A stretch of DNA of 64,000 nt from a virus (taxonomy: Duplodnaviria; Caudoviricetes), in IMG/VR virus record IMGVR_UViG_3300029288_000060, positions 96,001 through 160,000 of that record. One strand, written 5' to 3'. Each line of letters begins with the position of its first letter. Positions within the stretch are counted from its first letter, which is position 1. Shown piece by piece: positions 40,880-50,484 of the stretch. The position numbers and the translations under genes were made by a program. Under the pieces are notes generated by a model that worked only from the letters and a program-made list of their open reading frames with translations, was not told the DNA's origin and ran no database searches.

Positions 40880-41745
40880 GCAGAACCTGTTTCTGGTAAT
40901 AATTCAACGTAATATTTATTATTATGGATACCAACACTAATAATGTAATAATTGAATTGATACGGAAGGTTTTTGGTAAGGGAGGAAAAACTGAAGATAA
41001 TATCTTGAATTGTACTAAAGGTATTTTTTGGAACTATTTTTGTATTATAAGGTGAATGTTTGTCTCCTAAAGAAACTAATAATTCATTATCTTTATTTAT
41101 ATCAATAAGTGAAGAATAATTATTATTTAAATTAATTAATTTTCCATCAAAATCATTATTGTCATCATAAACTATATCCACATCATTTTTGTCAACTAAA
41201 GCTTTTATTCTTTCTGAAATACAATCAATTGGTATTTCAAAAACTTTACGCTTTTTTACCATTAAATTAATCAAACCTTTTTCAAATAATGTCGTAACAT
41301 TCAAAGCAGCATTTTTTAAGTCAATTCTTGTTAATCTTGATGCGTATTTTCCTTCATGTTGCTTTAAATAATTAACATTTTTTCTGCAATCCATAATAAG
41401 ATTTCTAAAAGATATATATAATCTCATATCTATTAAATCTTTTCTATTATAAGTAAAATCTCTACAATCAATAATTAAATCAAACTTTGGGATTTTTGTT
41501 TCGCCTTCTATAAATTTTTTATTTAAAATATTGACTCGACATTTATTATTTAACTTATCGCAAATAGCTTTTGTTTTTAACTTTCCAATATCTTTTTCAT
41601 CATAAATAGAATTCTTAGTATTTTCTAATTCTACAGTATCATAATCTATTAAAAGTAAATTTTTTGTTGAGTCTAATTCTGAAAGATTTTTAGCTAAAAA
41701 TCCTCCAATAGTACCTAAACCAATTATGCAAATATCACTATACAA
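40876..41745 (-). CDS. ThiF/E1-like adenylyltransferase (second copy, divergent C-terminus)
   Basis: IIGLGTIGG, IDYDTVELEN, DLIIDCRD. Confidence 0.8.
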   Translation of the reverse strand: MYSDICIIGLGTIGGFLAKNLSELDSTKNLLLIDYDTVELENTKNSIYDEKDIGKLKTKAICDKLNNKCRVNILNKKFIEGETKIPKFDLIIDCRDFTYNRKDLIDMRLYISFRNLIMDCRKNVNYLKQHEGKYASRLTRIDLKNAALNVTTLFEKGLINLMVKKRKVFEIPIDCISERIKALVDKNDVDIVYDDNNDFDGKLINLNNNYSSLIDINKDNELLVSLGDKHSPYNTKIVPKNTFSTIQDIIFSFSSLTKNLPYQFNYYIISVGIHNNKYYVELLPETGSA

Positions 41746-41762
41746 ATATTGCCTCCTATTTA

Positions 41763-41770
41763 TTTGTTCT
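41763..41770 (-). promoter_or_regulatory. AGAACAAA candidate phage promoter element
   Basis: Directly upstream of the AGGAGG SD of gene 41745. Confidence 0.5.
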
Positions 41771-41795
41771 ATTAATTAAAGAAATTTTCTTAATT

Positions 41796-42038
41796 TTATT
41801 CATTTTCCTTCATAATTTTAATCATTTCGTCAATATTTTCTTTTAAAAAAATCATATCCTTAATTGATAATCTTCCACTAGCTGAATAACCAATAGTGCC
41901 GTCTTTTTTTTCATAACTTCTAGTAAATCCAATTTTCGATGGCCCACCATCATATGAAAAAATTGAACATAATAAACTAGATGAACCTTGTTTTAATTCA
42001 AATAGCTTTATCAATTTATCTTTACTCTCATCATACAT
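41796..42038 (-). CDS. PC4/YdbC-like ssDNA-binding protein (putative)
   Basis: SYDGGPSKIGFTR..KKDG..GRLS pattern. Confidence 0.45.
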   Translation of the reverse strand: MYDESKDKLIKLFELKQGSSSLLCSIFSYDGGPSKIGFTRSYEKKDGTIGYSASGRLSIKDMIFLKENIDEMIKIMKENE

Positions 42039-42066
42039 TGTTTGGCTCCTTTTTCTGTTAAAGAAA

Positions 42067-42114
42067 AAGGAGGATTAGAAAAGGTAAATAAAATATATTT
42101 TTCTAATCCTCCTT
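42067..42114 (-). terminator. 16-bp hairpin with U-tract, probable terminator
   Basis: aaggaggattagaaaa / ttttctaatcctcctt. Confidence 0.7.
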
Positions 42115-42122
42115 AATTGTTT

Positions 42123-42635
42123 TTATTTTAATTTAAAAATTTGTATTTCATCTCTTGTCGGTTCTGGTTTAAATTCTGATTTATACTTAAAATATTCTCT
42201 TGTTTTTTCTACTGGATAAATGTAAGGTATCGTGACGAATATTCTTTCATATTTTTCAAACTGTCTTGTAATATGAGTAAAACCTAACTTATTGATTTTT
42301 TGTAAAAGTTCACCTTTTAATTCTTCTGATTTTATTTTGAAACATTTTTGTATATTATACAAATCTCTTGAATCATGTAAATTTGGATAAATTTCATGAG
42401 AATCACTTCCTTTGAATATTGCTTCAGCTGCCCTACTCTTTGAAACCTTTCTAGCAATTTTTTTATTATGAAAGTCAATAATAGAACAAATAGCTACACC
42501 TCTTGCTAAAATCTTTTTATCTTCTGAAAACATAACACAAGCAGTAAAGATATTACCTACAAGAGGACAATTATTATAATAAAATCTGATATCATCAACG
42601 CCGCATTCTTTTAGTTTTTGAGCTAAAGTGTCCAT
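42123..42635 (-). CDS. hypothetical protein
   Basis: 170 aa with GGAG SD. Confidence 0.65.
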   Translation of the reverse strand: MDTLAQKLKECGVDDIRFYYNNCPLVGNIFTACVMFSEDKKILARGVAICSIIDFHNKKIARKVSKSRAAEAIFKGSDSHEIYPNLHDSRDLYNIQKCFKIKSEELKGELLQKINKLGFTHITRQFEKYERIFVTIPYIYPVEKTREYFKYKSEFKPEPTRDEIQIFKLK

Positions 42636-42661
42636 AATATAATCTCCATTAAATAAAAATT

Positions 42662-42695
42662 AGGAAGATGAAAATAATATTATTTTCATCTTCCT
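42662..42695. terminator. perfect 34-bp palindrome after the Ubl gene
   Basis: aggaagatgaaaataat|attattttcatcttcct. Confidence 0.65.
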
Positions 42696-42703
42696 TTCTT
42701 AAA

Positions 42704-43177
42704 TTAACCCTTTGTACCGGCTTGTCTTACAAATTCTAGTACATCGTTACTCTTTAAAATATATGAATCTTGAACTTCAACGCCATTAACAACTCCAACG
42801 CCATCAGTTTCGATATTCAAAATTTCCCGATATGTAGCTTTTATAAATCCAACAGATCTTCCAACTACAGGATAATTCGATGACGCTGCGCCACATGATA
42901 CAGAAATAAGACTTTTATAAGAATCATCCTTTTCAATAAAACTATGAAGATTGGCAGTAATATAAGGAATTTTGCTATTATCAACAGGCTTTTTTGATAC
43001 GGTTTCCTTTGAATTTGCATTTTTCAAACTTTTATAAAAAGCTCCAATAGCTTCAATAATTACATCTTTCCTTGCTTTTGCCATCTTAGGAATATCATAC
43101 ATTTTACAAATTTCGCGTAATTCAGCAACCGTTTTTTCCAAAAGCTCATCATTGTTAAATATACGGATGTTTGACAT
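42704..43177 (-). CDS. ubiquitin-like (beta-grasp) protein with N-terminal Rho-N/HeH-like domain
   Basis: KTVAELREICK..IP..ARKDVII (Rho-N-like); VVNGVEV..YILKSNDVLEFVRQAGTKG ends in Gly; ATG 43177 follows AGGAGA. Confidence 0.75.
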   Translation of the reverse strand: MSNIRIFNNDELLEKTVAELREICKMYDIPKMAKARKDVIIEAIGAFYKSLKNANSKETVSKKPVDNSKIPYITANLHSFIEKDDSYKSLISVSCGAASSNYPVVGRSVGFIKATYREILNIETDGVGVVNGVEVQDSYILKSNDVLEFVRQAGTKG

Positions 43178-43178
43178 A

Positions 43179-43880
43179 TTAAAATCTCCTTGTATTGTTT
43201 TTTGTTTTTGGTACTCTTTTTTTACAATTCGCATTCATAGTTAACAAATCAAAATAAATTTCTGAAAAATTATAATTGTTATTTTCAATTATATTGTAAA
43301 ACGCAGCACACATATAAGAAGCTACCATAAAATTGGTAAAATATAATTGAGGTTTTGAATTAGATAACTCTTCGCAAGACATTTCATTTGGTAATTTATC
43401 TGTAGCGTTTTCAATTTCTGGATGATAATCAGTTAAGCTTGGAGTTATATTTACTCCATCCTTTTTAATAAAAACTTGAACATTACCATCTGTTAATTCA
43501 TTTCCGCCAGAAATGATAACAATATCTTTCAAATTTTCAGCGTACTCTGAAATTATCAGTCTTGTTCTATGGTTATCAACCCCTACAAATACTATTGTAT
43601 TTTCATTTATAATACTAGAAATTGTATTTTCATCAACAAATACTGAATGATCTACAAAATTAATTGATGTAAATTTATCTTTTAATTCAGCACATTTTAT
43701 TTCAGCTTTATTACCAAACCCATTAAATTCTTGTCTTTTGGTATTTTTAAATTCATATTTATCTCCATCAACTAAATTGATAATGGGTTGAGTTATATTG
43801 TCTCTTGTATTAATATATCTTGAAATTGTGTTTGATAATATTGAACCAATACCGCCTAACCCTATGATTGTAATTTCCAT
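43179..43880 (-). CDS. ThiF/E1 ubiquitin-like activating enzyme
   Basis: IIGLGGIGS, DGD..KN..RQ, GVDNHRTR, SGGNE, SCEE putative catalytic Cys, PQL..TN. Confidence 0.9.
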   Translation of the reverse strand: MEITIIGLGGIGSILSNTISRYINTRDNITQPIINLVDGDKYEFKNTKRQEFNGFGNKAEIKCAELKDKFTSINFVDHSVFVDENTISSIINENTIVFVGVDNHRTRLIISEYAENLKDIVIISGGNELTDGNVQVFIKKDGVNITPSLTDYHPEIENATDKLPNEMSCEELSNSKPQLYFTNFMVASYMCAAFYNIIENNNYNFSEIYFDLLTMNANCKKRVPKTKNNTRRF

Positions 43881-43883
43881 TTT

Positions 43884-44873
43884 TCACCATGTCCATAATT
43901 TTTCACTGTCAAAAATGCTGTAATCAAGATTAAAATTATTTTTACAATCTTCCTCTTTTACTTTTTTTACCTCTTCTAAGTTTATTTTTGTAGTTCTATG
44001 GATACAATTGTTACAAACATCATATTTTTTACACTCGGACACCTCCATTTCTTTTGATTCTGTTTTTATTAACTTTGATCCATCGAACATATAAGTTGGA
44101 TATGAATTAAAATCAAATTGAGTGGTTTTATATTCTTTCTTCTTTACTTTTCTTAACCATTCTTTTTTAAAAGTTATTTGATTTGAATAATTAGTTAAAG
44201 CAAAACTAAACGTTGTTTTTACACTTTTATTATAAACTTTCTCTCCATTTATAACTTGAAAACTAGGTTTAAACATATTTGTTGAGTAATTACAATATTC
44301 TACAAATTTTAAGCCTTCAATATAGTCTTCTGAAATAACTGGAACTCTCATTCCATTAACGGCTACAGTTGCAGTTATATCAAAAAACTCTTTATCATTT
44401 AATTTCCCTACAGTAATATGAATTCCATCAAACTTATCTTCATCACTAACATCAGTAGCGGAATGAAATGCCGCCATACTTCCATGACTATGAATTGTAC
44501 CAATCAAGTTATAATTTTTTATAACTATGTTAGCTTTGTAGGATAAAGACGCGGAACTTACCTCTTGCTCTGGAACATAAATTTTGTAATTTTTATTTTT
44601 TTTATTATAGTATAAAAGAACAATTGCTTCACTGGAATATAAATTATACACTTCTCTAAAAAAAGCTAAAATATTTGCAAATACTTTTTCAGGAATTTTT
44701 GGAATATTAATTTTAGCAAAAGTTTGAATATTATCCAGAAATGATATTTTGTCAACGGGTGTGATACTTTCAATTAGATCTAATTTCTTTTTTAAAAAAA
44801 TTCCATCTTTTGCAATTATGTAGCATGTTTCATCCTGTGGTATACTTTTCCCATCATTTATATATACATTCAT
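43884..44873 (-). CDS. JAB/MPN metallopeptidase (deubiquitinase-like)
   Basis: SEA..PEQEVS, GTIHSHGSMAAFHSATDVSDE (JAMM HxH..S..D). Confidence 0.9.
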   Translation of the reverse strand: MNVYINDGKSIPQDETCYIIAKDGIFLKKKLDLIESITPVDKISFLDNIQTFAKINIPKIPEKVFANILAFFREVYNLYSSEAIVLLYYNKKNKNYKIYVPEQEVSSASLSYKANIVIKNYNLIGTIHSHGSMAAFHSATDVSDEDKFDGIHITVGKLNDKEFFDITATVAVNGMRVPVISEDYIEGLKFVEYCNYSTNMFKPSFQVINGEKVYNKSVKTTFSFALTNYSNQITFKKEWLRKVKKKEYKTTQFDFNSYPTYMFDGSKLIKTESKEMEVSECKKYDVCNNCIHRTTKINLEEVKKVKEEDCKNNFNLDYSIFDSEKLWTW

Positions 44874-47364
44874 TCAAGCTCCAAGTTGTTCTTGCAAATG
44901 TATGATTCCGCGAATTATTATCTACCAAAATATTTCCAAATATATTCATTTTTCCACGTACGACTGGTATCGATAATAATTCTTTTACAGCATATCTAGG
45001 CAGTAACAAACCATATCTTATTAAATGATTAGTATTTGTTATTGGATGTCCATTTTCAAACTGATAATCATCCGGTGATAAATGTTGATAAAAAGAACAA
45101 TAAGTACTATGGTAAGTTTTGACTAATAATTTATCACTAAGTTTAAATTTAAAAATATCCCCATCCTGAATTTTATTTATTGGTGCAGGCTCGTTTATTT
45201 TAAGTTTATGGAACATTAATTCGTTTGAGTTATAAATATTAAAGTCAGCCTCAATTTGCTCAAATAACAATGTTCTATAATTAGAAAACAATACTAAGGG
45301 TTTTAGATCATCAATAATAAAAGCTTTAATTTCATTGCAGTCTTTCATTGGAAAATCAGCAATACTTTTTTTATTTGCTTTTACCTTCATACCGATTTCA
45401 AGGTTATTTATTTTTTTGCAAACCTGTCTTACAGTGGGAAAATAATTTTTTACTCTAGATTTTTCTTTGTCAAATTTTATAATTGGGTGTTTTAAAGTAT
45501 TATTCTCGTCATCCACTAAAATTAAATAAAAATAATTGTCATCTATTTCAAAACTAGAAATTTTTCTTATGACAAACATTTCTTCTGGTTGTTCCCAATT
45601 TATAACAATTACTTCATCCCCTATATGATAAGATATATCCTTATCATAAGACATAATTGTAAAAAATTCTTTTTTATCTATGCAAATATTTTGAAAATAA
45701 TTTATACATTTATCGATATTACATTCTAAAGATTTGACCGAGTAATCAAAATCATCACTATCAATAAGAAATCCTGAAGTTTTCAAGATATTTACATTAT
45801 GTTCTTTTGATGTATTAGTGAAAAGTTGATCATTGAATCTATATACTTCCTCACTAAAAATATTTTTTTCATCAACAATACTGTAATTTGATTTGTCATT
45901 AAAGTCGATCATAAGTTTAGGGCGGTCTTGATTTTCATGGTCAAATACTAAATAAGCTTTATTATCTAATATTTCTACACAATCATATTTTGTAATATAT
46001 AATTTCACAAAAGTTGAACTAAATCTATTATGATGTTGTATATAATATTTATTATTTTTAATTAAACTAATATTTTGAAATTTAATATCAGTATTATCAA
46101 CTTTTTCAATAAATTTATTTAAAAAAGAAGATAAAAGGTAAAAGTTTGCGCCAATTTTAACCTGAATTGTGTTATCTCTTAATTTTAAAATTTTTTCAAC
46201 TGGTTGAACTGATTCTGAAGCTTTAAAATATATAATATCTCCAATATGTAGTTCTGTTTCTTCATTAATTTTTATAGATTCCATAGTATTTATTTTTTCG
46301 ATAGATTTAAGAATTTCTTCACGGTTTTCACCGTTTAAATCTATTTTTATTATATTATTTTCATTATCTTCTAATCTAACTGTGGTTATATAATTTTCAT
46401 TATCATTATAATGTTTAAAGAAATCACAAACATAGTAATTTACATCTTTGTATTTTATTTCATCTCCGCATGATAAAAATGTAGTTCCCAATGGGATAGA
46501 TTCCATCCGATATTTTCTAATTTTGTTTTTATATTTATTTTTAATTGAATTTTGTAAATTGCTAAATGAGTATTGTCTTGATTGATAAGCTTCATTAATT
46601 AAATTATTTATAGTAAGACCAGAATTTAACCATCTTGTTGAAAATATAAATAATGGATCAATTTTTGTATTGTATGCCCAGGTAAACCAATCACATAGAT
46701 GGGGATTAATTTCATATTTTTTAATAAACATTTCATAATCAGTATTAAATTCATTGAACCAAAATCTATTAGTTAATTCTTCAACTTTTTTAACAATAGA
46801 TGTAGATGACTCTTCATCCACAACTATTTCATCACCCAAACAAGCTTGATAATTACTATCAATATTTGGTAAACATGGAATTAATAAATAGTCTTCTAAA
46901 CTTGATATGGGATGTATTCTAAAAAATATTTTAAAACTTTTATATTGGTTATATCTATCCAATATAATAGCATAAACTATATGTGGAAAAGATAATGAAA
47001 ATCTATAAGGTTTTGTATGAAGAGGAAACTTGTCTAACTGGTACTCCTCATATTTTCCATTTATTTTATGAGCTTCAATTTGATAAGTTAAATCTTTATT
47101 AAGAAGTATAGTTCTTATTTTTGGAGTTTCTTCAATGATAATAATATTATTTTGATTTGGTAATGTTCTTATATATTTACAATTATTTGGCAGAATCTCA
47201 TGTTGCGGAGGAAGAGAGTTGTTATATAATCCATCAAGAAAATCTGTTGTATTCATAGAACTTTGAATAGAATAAGGTTCTGCTTTAACATAGTCTTCAC
47301 TATATAATGACGTTACATTTTTGACAATTGAATCATTAATTACTATTTCATCTATTGTATTCAT
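44854..47364 (-). CDS. prokaryotic E2-like domain fused to long repeat region
   Basis: SFPHIVY..PCLPNIDSNYQACLG..FWFNEFN resembles prokaryotic E2 family D (PRTRC protein B); adjacent to JAB/E1/Ubl. Confidence 0.6.
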   Translation of the reverse strand: MNTIDEIVINDSIVKNVTSLYSEDYVKAEPYSIQSSMNTTDFLDGLYNNSLPPQHEILPNNCKYIRTLPNQNNIIIIEETPKIRTILLNKDLTYQIEAHKINGKYEEYQLDKFPLHTKPYRFSLSFPHIVYAIILDRYNQYKSFKIFFRIHPISSLEDYLLIPCLPNIDSNYQACLGDEIVVDEESSTSIVKKVEELTNRFWFNEFNTDYEMFIKKYEINPHLCDWFTWAYNTKIDPLFIFSTRWLNSGLTINNLINEAYQSRQYSFSNLQNSIKNKYKNKIRKYRMESIPLGTTFLSCGDEIKYKDVNYYVCDFFKHYNDNENYITTVRLEDNENNIIKIDLNGENREEILKSIEKINTMESIKINEETELHIGDIIYFKASESVQPVEKILKLRDNTIQVKIGANFYLLSSFLNKFIEKVDNTDIKFQNISLIKNNKYYIQHHNRFSSTFVKLYITKYDCVEILDNKAYLVFDHENQDRPKLMIDFNDKSNYSIVDEKNIFSEEVYRFNDQLFTNTSKEHNVNILKTSGFLIDSDDFDYSVKSLECNIDKCINYFQNICIDKKEFFTIMSYDKDISYHIGDEVIVINWEQPEEMFVIRKISSFEIDDNYFYLILVDDENNTLKHPIIKFDKEKSRVKNYFPTVRQVCKKINNLEIGMKVKANKKSIADFPMKDCNEIKAFIIDDLKPLVLFSNYRTLLFEQIEADFNIYNSNELMFHKLKINEPAPINKIQDGDIFKFKLSDKLLVKTYHSTYCSFYQHLSPDDYQFENGHPITNTNHLIRYGLLLPRYAVKELLSIPVVRGKMNIFGNILVDNNSRNHTFARTTWSLNECIYK

Positions 47365-47367
47365 TTA

Positions 47368-47718
47368 TTACTCACCTCTAACATATTTTAACGTTTCCGC
47401 ATAAAATTTAAGTATCTTTTCTGCTTTGTTTTCTGTAACTTCCCATACTTTTTTTCTTTTTATTTGTTCATTTGTTTTTTTCTTAGACCATAAAGAAATA
47501 ATATAAGTTTCTTTTGATTCTCTTTCTAAACAAAGGAAATTGATTCCGATTTCTTCATTAAATTGAATTGCTAAAAATATATTAGGCCCTACAGGTTGAT
47601 CATTAGGAACTGTAAATTTTGGAGTTTCTTCTATCATAATTTGGTCACAAATTCTTTTTACTTGTTCATCCAATTCAGATTTTGATAATTGTTGAAGTAA
47701 CTCATTTAATATCGGCAT
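47368..47718 (-). CDS. hypothetical protein
   Basis: 116 aa ORF. Confidence 0.6.
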   Translation of the reverse strand: MPILNELLQQLSKSELDEQVKRICDQIMIEETPKFTVPNDQPVGPNIFLAIQFNEEIGINFLCLERESKETYIISLWSKKKTNEQIKRKKVWEVTENKAEKILKFYAETLKYVRGE

Positions 47719-48034
47719 TATTTACTCCATCTTTAATTTTTAATATTATATCATCAAGAAAACTTTTTTGTTTTTCATTATCCATTTCTGTAATTTTTGG
47801 TATTATTAATGATATTATTGTCTCTAAAAAATTACATAATTCTTTATTTTCTAATTCCCCAGCTTGCATATATACATCATTTCCATTAATGTCAATCATT
47901 AAAAACTTCTCTTCTATGTTTTTAAAATTAATGTTTTGAATTCTCATTAAGTAAGATGGACAATTTAACCATATTCGTTTATTTATTGTGTCAATATCTA
48001 ACGTGCCATAAGGAATATTTTTTGATATTATCAA
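47702..48034 (-). CDS. hypothetical protein
   Basis: 110 aa ORF, GGAGG SD. Confidence 0.6.
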   Translation of the reverse strand: MIISKNIPYGTLDIDTINKRIWLNCPSYLMRIQNINFKNIEEKFLMIDINGNDVYMQAGELENKELCNFLETIISLIIPKITEMDNEKQKSFLDDIILKIKDGVNNADIK

Positions 48035-48050
48035 CTGTAGCCTCCAAAAC

Positions 48051-48365
48051 TTATTTTAACCTTTCGATCTTATACATTTTTTTTGATGAAGTAACAACAT
48101 ATTCCAATCGATCAAATGGTACAGATCGCCAATCTTGTTTTTCTATATCAAAAACACTTAAAATTTTACTTTTTTGTATTTTTGATAAAATTTTAGTTAA
48201 ATCTATTCCTTTAGGTTTTTTCTCCTTTGGAATTCTATTAAAATCTAAAGTACATTTCATCATTCGAGTTGAACCATCTTTTTTTTCAAATTGTACTGAA
48301 ACTTCTTTTTCATTTTTTATTATTTTTAAGAATTCAATTGCTGATGTGATTGTTTCTTTCTCCAT
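48051..48365 (-). CDS. WYL_2/Sm-like SH3-fold protein
   Basis: VQFEKKDGSTRMMKCTL..VFDIEKQDWRS. Confidence 0.7.
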   Translation of the reverse strand: MEKETITSAIEFLKIIKNEKEVSVQFEKKDGSTRMMKCTLDFNRIPKEKKPKGIDLTKILSKIQKSKILSVFDIEKQDWRSVPFDRLEYVVTSSKKMYKIERLK

Positions 48366-48386
48366 TTTATCTCCATCTTTTATCTT

Positions 48387-48743
48387 TTACCAACTTTTAT
48401 ATTTATAAACTCTTTGAGGATAAATTTTATTTTTATAATTTCCTTTATCCAATACATCTTCAATCCATCTTATTCCATATTGTAATCTTGGAATAGCAAA
48501 TTTACCTACGTCTAAATCATGAACAGCAAAGAAAACATCATTTCTGTCCCCAGTATTTGGATCATCTTTATCTGGAAAAGTTTTAATTTCTTCAAGGTAT
48601 TGAATTCTTGCACCAAAAGTATCTAACATAAAACTTTCAAATTCTATAATCTTATCATCACCAACTATCGTGGCAGGCCAAACGCATACTTGGGTATAAT
48701 GTTCTTTTAATTTAACATTCTTTGAGCTAGTATTACTCTTCAT
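48387..48743 (-). CDS. hypothetical protein
   Basis: 118 aa ORF. Confidence 0.6.
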   Translation of the reverse strand: MKSNTSSKNVKLKEHYTQVCVWPATIVGDDKIIEFESFMLDTFGARIQYLEEIKTFPDKDDPNTGDRNDVFFAVHDLDVGKFAIPRLQYGIRWIEDVLDKGNYKNKIYPQRVYKYKSW

Positions 48744-49781
48744 TTATTCACCTTTTTCATTTCTTACATTTGAATGAATTAAGTTATCTGATGTTTCTTT
48801 ATCATTGGAAATCATTTCGCCCATCATGTAGCATGTATGGTTACATAATTTACAATATTTCTTTTTATCCGCAACTAAAGACTTTTTCAAATTTTTATTT
48901 ATTTCAGCGTTATGATCTAAAACATTAAGAATAGTAAAATTAAGAGCTAAATATTCAGCTCTGAGTCTTAAACATAAGCGCAAACAACCATCTGCATCAA
49001 CACACATTGTATGAAAATCTTTATCTAACTTACAATCATATTCACTTGGAAGGTAATCATACGTCATAGATAATAATGTATCTCTCATATGAACATTTAA
49101 TTTTTCATCAATAATTTTATCTAAAATATCTTTTAGTTCATTACTTTTATTTACTAATAATTTTTCATCTTCAATATTAGAGAAATCATAATATTCAGAT
49201 TTTGAAATATCAATGAACGTAATATCACTGTTAATACCTCTATTAGTTAATTCTTTAACTAATGGATATAAAAACTGATAATTATCATTTGTAACAGTTA
49301 TTTCAGCAACAACGTCATGTATTTTTTCCTTTAATTGTGTAAGTTTTTGTAAACCTTGCAAACTTTTCCTTGCTACGTCAGAATTTGCTCCTTCTATAAA
49401 AATAATTGGATCTACAGATGCAGTATATCCTTGTAAATAATCTACTTTTGATAATAATTCTTCAGTTTTCTTTTCATCAATATTATTACTAATTACTGTG
49501 TAAGCAATATTTTCATTGTTACAATAGTTAACAATCTCATAAAGATCTTCTCTTAGAGTTGGTTCCCCACCATAAAAAATCATAAAACAATCTGGATTAT
49601 GTTCTTTTAGTTTTTCTAAACCATAAATAACGGATTCTGTTGACATTTCATGTTCATGATAGTATCGCATATTAGGATATATGCCTGGTTTTGTTTTATA
49701 ATCTCTTACAAGTCTACAATAATCACACCTTAAATTACATCTTCTTGTGAGAATCCAGTTAACTATTTGAATTTTATTCAT
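48744..49781 (-). CDS. radical SAM enzyme with C-terminal Cys-rich (SPASM/twitch-like) extension
   Basis: CNLRCDYC, GGEP, C..CVDADGCLRLC..CKLCNHTC. Confidence 0.85.
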   Translation of the reverse strand: MNKIQIVNWILTRRCNLRCDYCRLVRDYKTKPGIYPNMRYYHEHEMSTESVIYGLEKLKEHNPDCFMIFYGGEPTLREDLYEIVNYCNNENIAYTVISNNIDEKKTEELLSKVDYLQGYTASVDPIIFIEGANSDVARKSLQGLQKLTQLKEKIHDVVAEITVTNDNYQFLYPLVKELTNRGINSDITFIDISKSEYYDFSNIEDEKLLVNKSNELKDILDKIIDEKLNVHMRDTLLSMTYDYLPSEYDCKLDKDFHTMCVDADGCLRLCLRLRAEYLALNFTILNVLDHNAEINKNLKKSLVADKKKYCKLCNHTCYMMGEMISNDKETSDNLIHSNVRNEKGE

Positions 49782-49784
49782 TAA

Positions 49785-50480
49785 TTAATATCCTCCTTCG
49801 CCACTAATAACAATCACATCTTCTGTCTTAATATCTTCTTGTCCAATACCAGTGTCACATAATATTGTTTGCATCAAATCACCATCTTCATCGGATACTT
49901 GAAATTTAAGTAACTTAATTTCTTCAAACATATATTGATCAAATTTATCAGGATCTTCAAATTCACCTAAAATTTCTTTTTTAAGATTTTCATCTGATAT
50001 TGTATGTATATTAAAACATTTATTTAAGTCAAATATAGTAATTTTACAGTTTCGATCCATAAAAACTTCAATTTCTATTGGTTTATTTTTATCTTTTCTG
50101 CAGTCAGCGAGTATAAATGATGTAGAACTACTATTTGTTATAAAATCGCTTTTAAACTTCATTTCATTTCCACCATCCCTAAATAAAATTCTTACAACAT
50201 TTGGTCCTGGTCCTCGTAATCTGCTACCGCGACTAATTACATTTAAATTCAGCCTTGCTTTTACTTCTGCATTAAATTCTTCTGGTATTTGCTTTTCAAT
50301 ATATTCTTTAATATTAATTATTCTTTTTGAAATCAGATGGTTTATACTTTCCATATACCACTTAAAACTTACTCCATTTTTAATTTTGTCAGCATAATCC
50401 GGTTTACCTAATAAATTGCACATATATCTTCTTATTATTTTATATTTTTCAGTACTTTTAAAACCAATTGCCCTACCCAT
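49785..50480 (-). CDS. fusion (or two overlapping genes): unknown 106-aa N-part plus FVTNSSS-family domain starting at ATG 50162
   Basis: Internal MKFKSDFITNSSSTSF preceded by SD-like GGTGG. Confidence 0.65.
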   Translation of the reverse strand: MGRAIGFKSTEKYKIIRRYMCNLLGKPDYADKIKNGVSFKWYMESINHLISKRIINIKEYIEKQIPEEFNAEVKARLNLNVISRGSRLRGPGPNVVRILFRDGGNEMKFKSDFITNSSSTSFILADCRKDKNKPIEIEVFMDRNCKITIFDLNKCFNIHTISDENLKKEILGEFEDPDKFDQYMFEEIKLLKFQVSDEDGDLMQTILCDTGIGQEDIKTEDVIVISGEGGY

Positions 50481-50484
50481 TGAT

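Noticed and set aside
48744-49781. QueE
   Set aside because: It lacks the QueE C..CDT context, has an extra Cys-rich C-terminal domain, and is not adjacent to queD or folE2.
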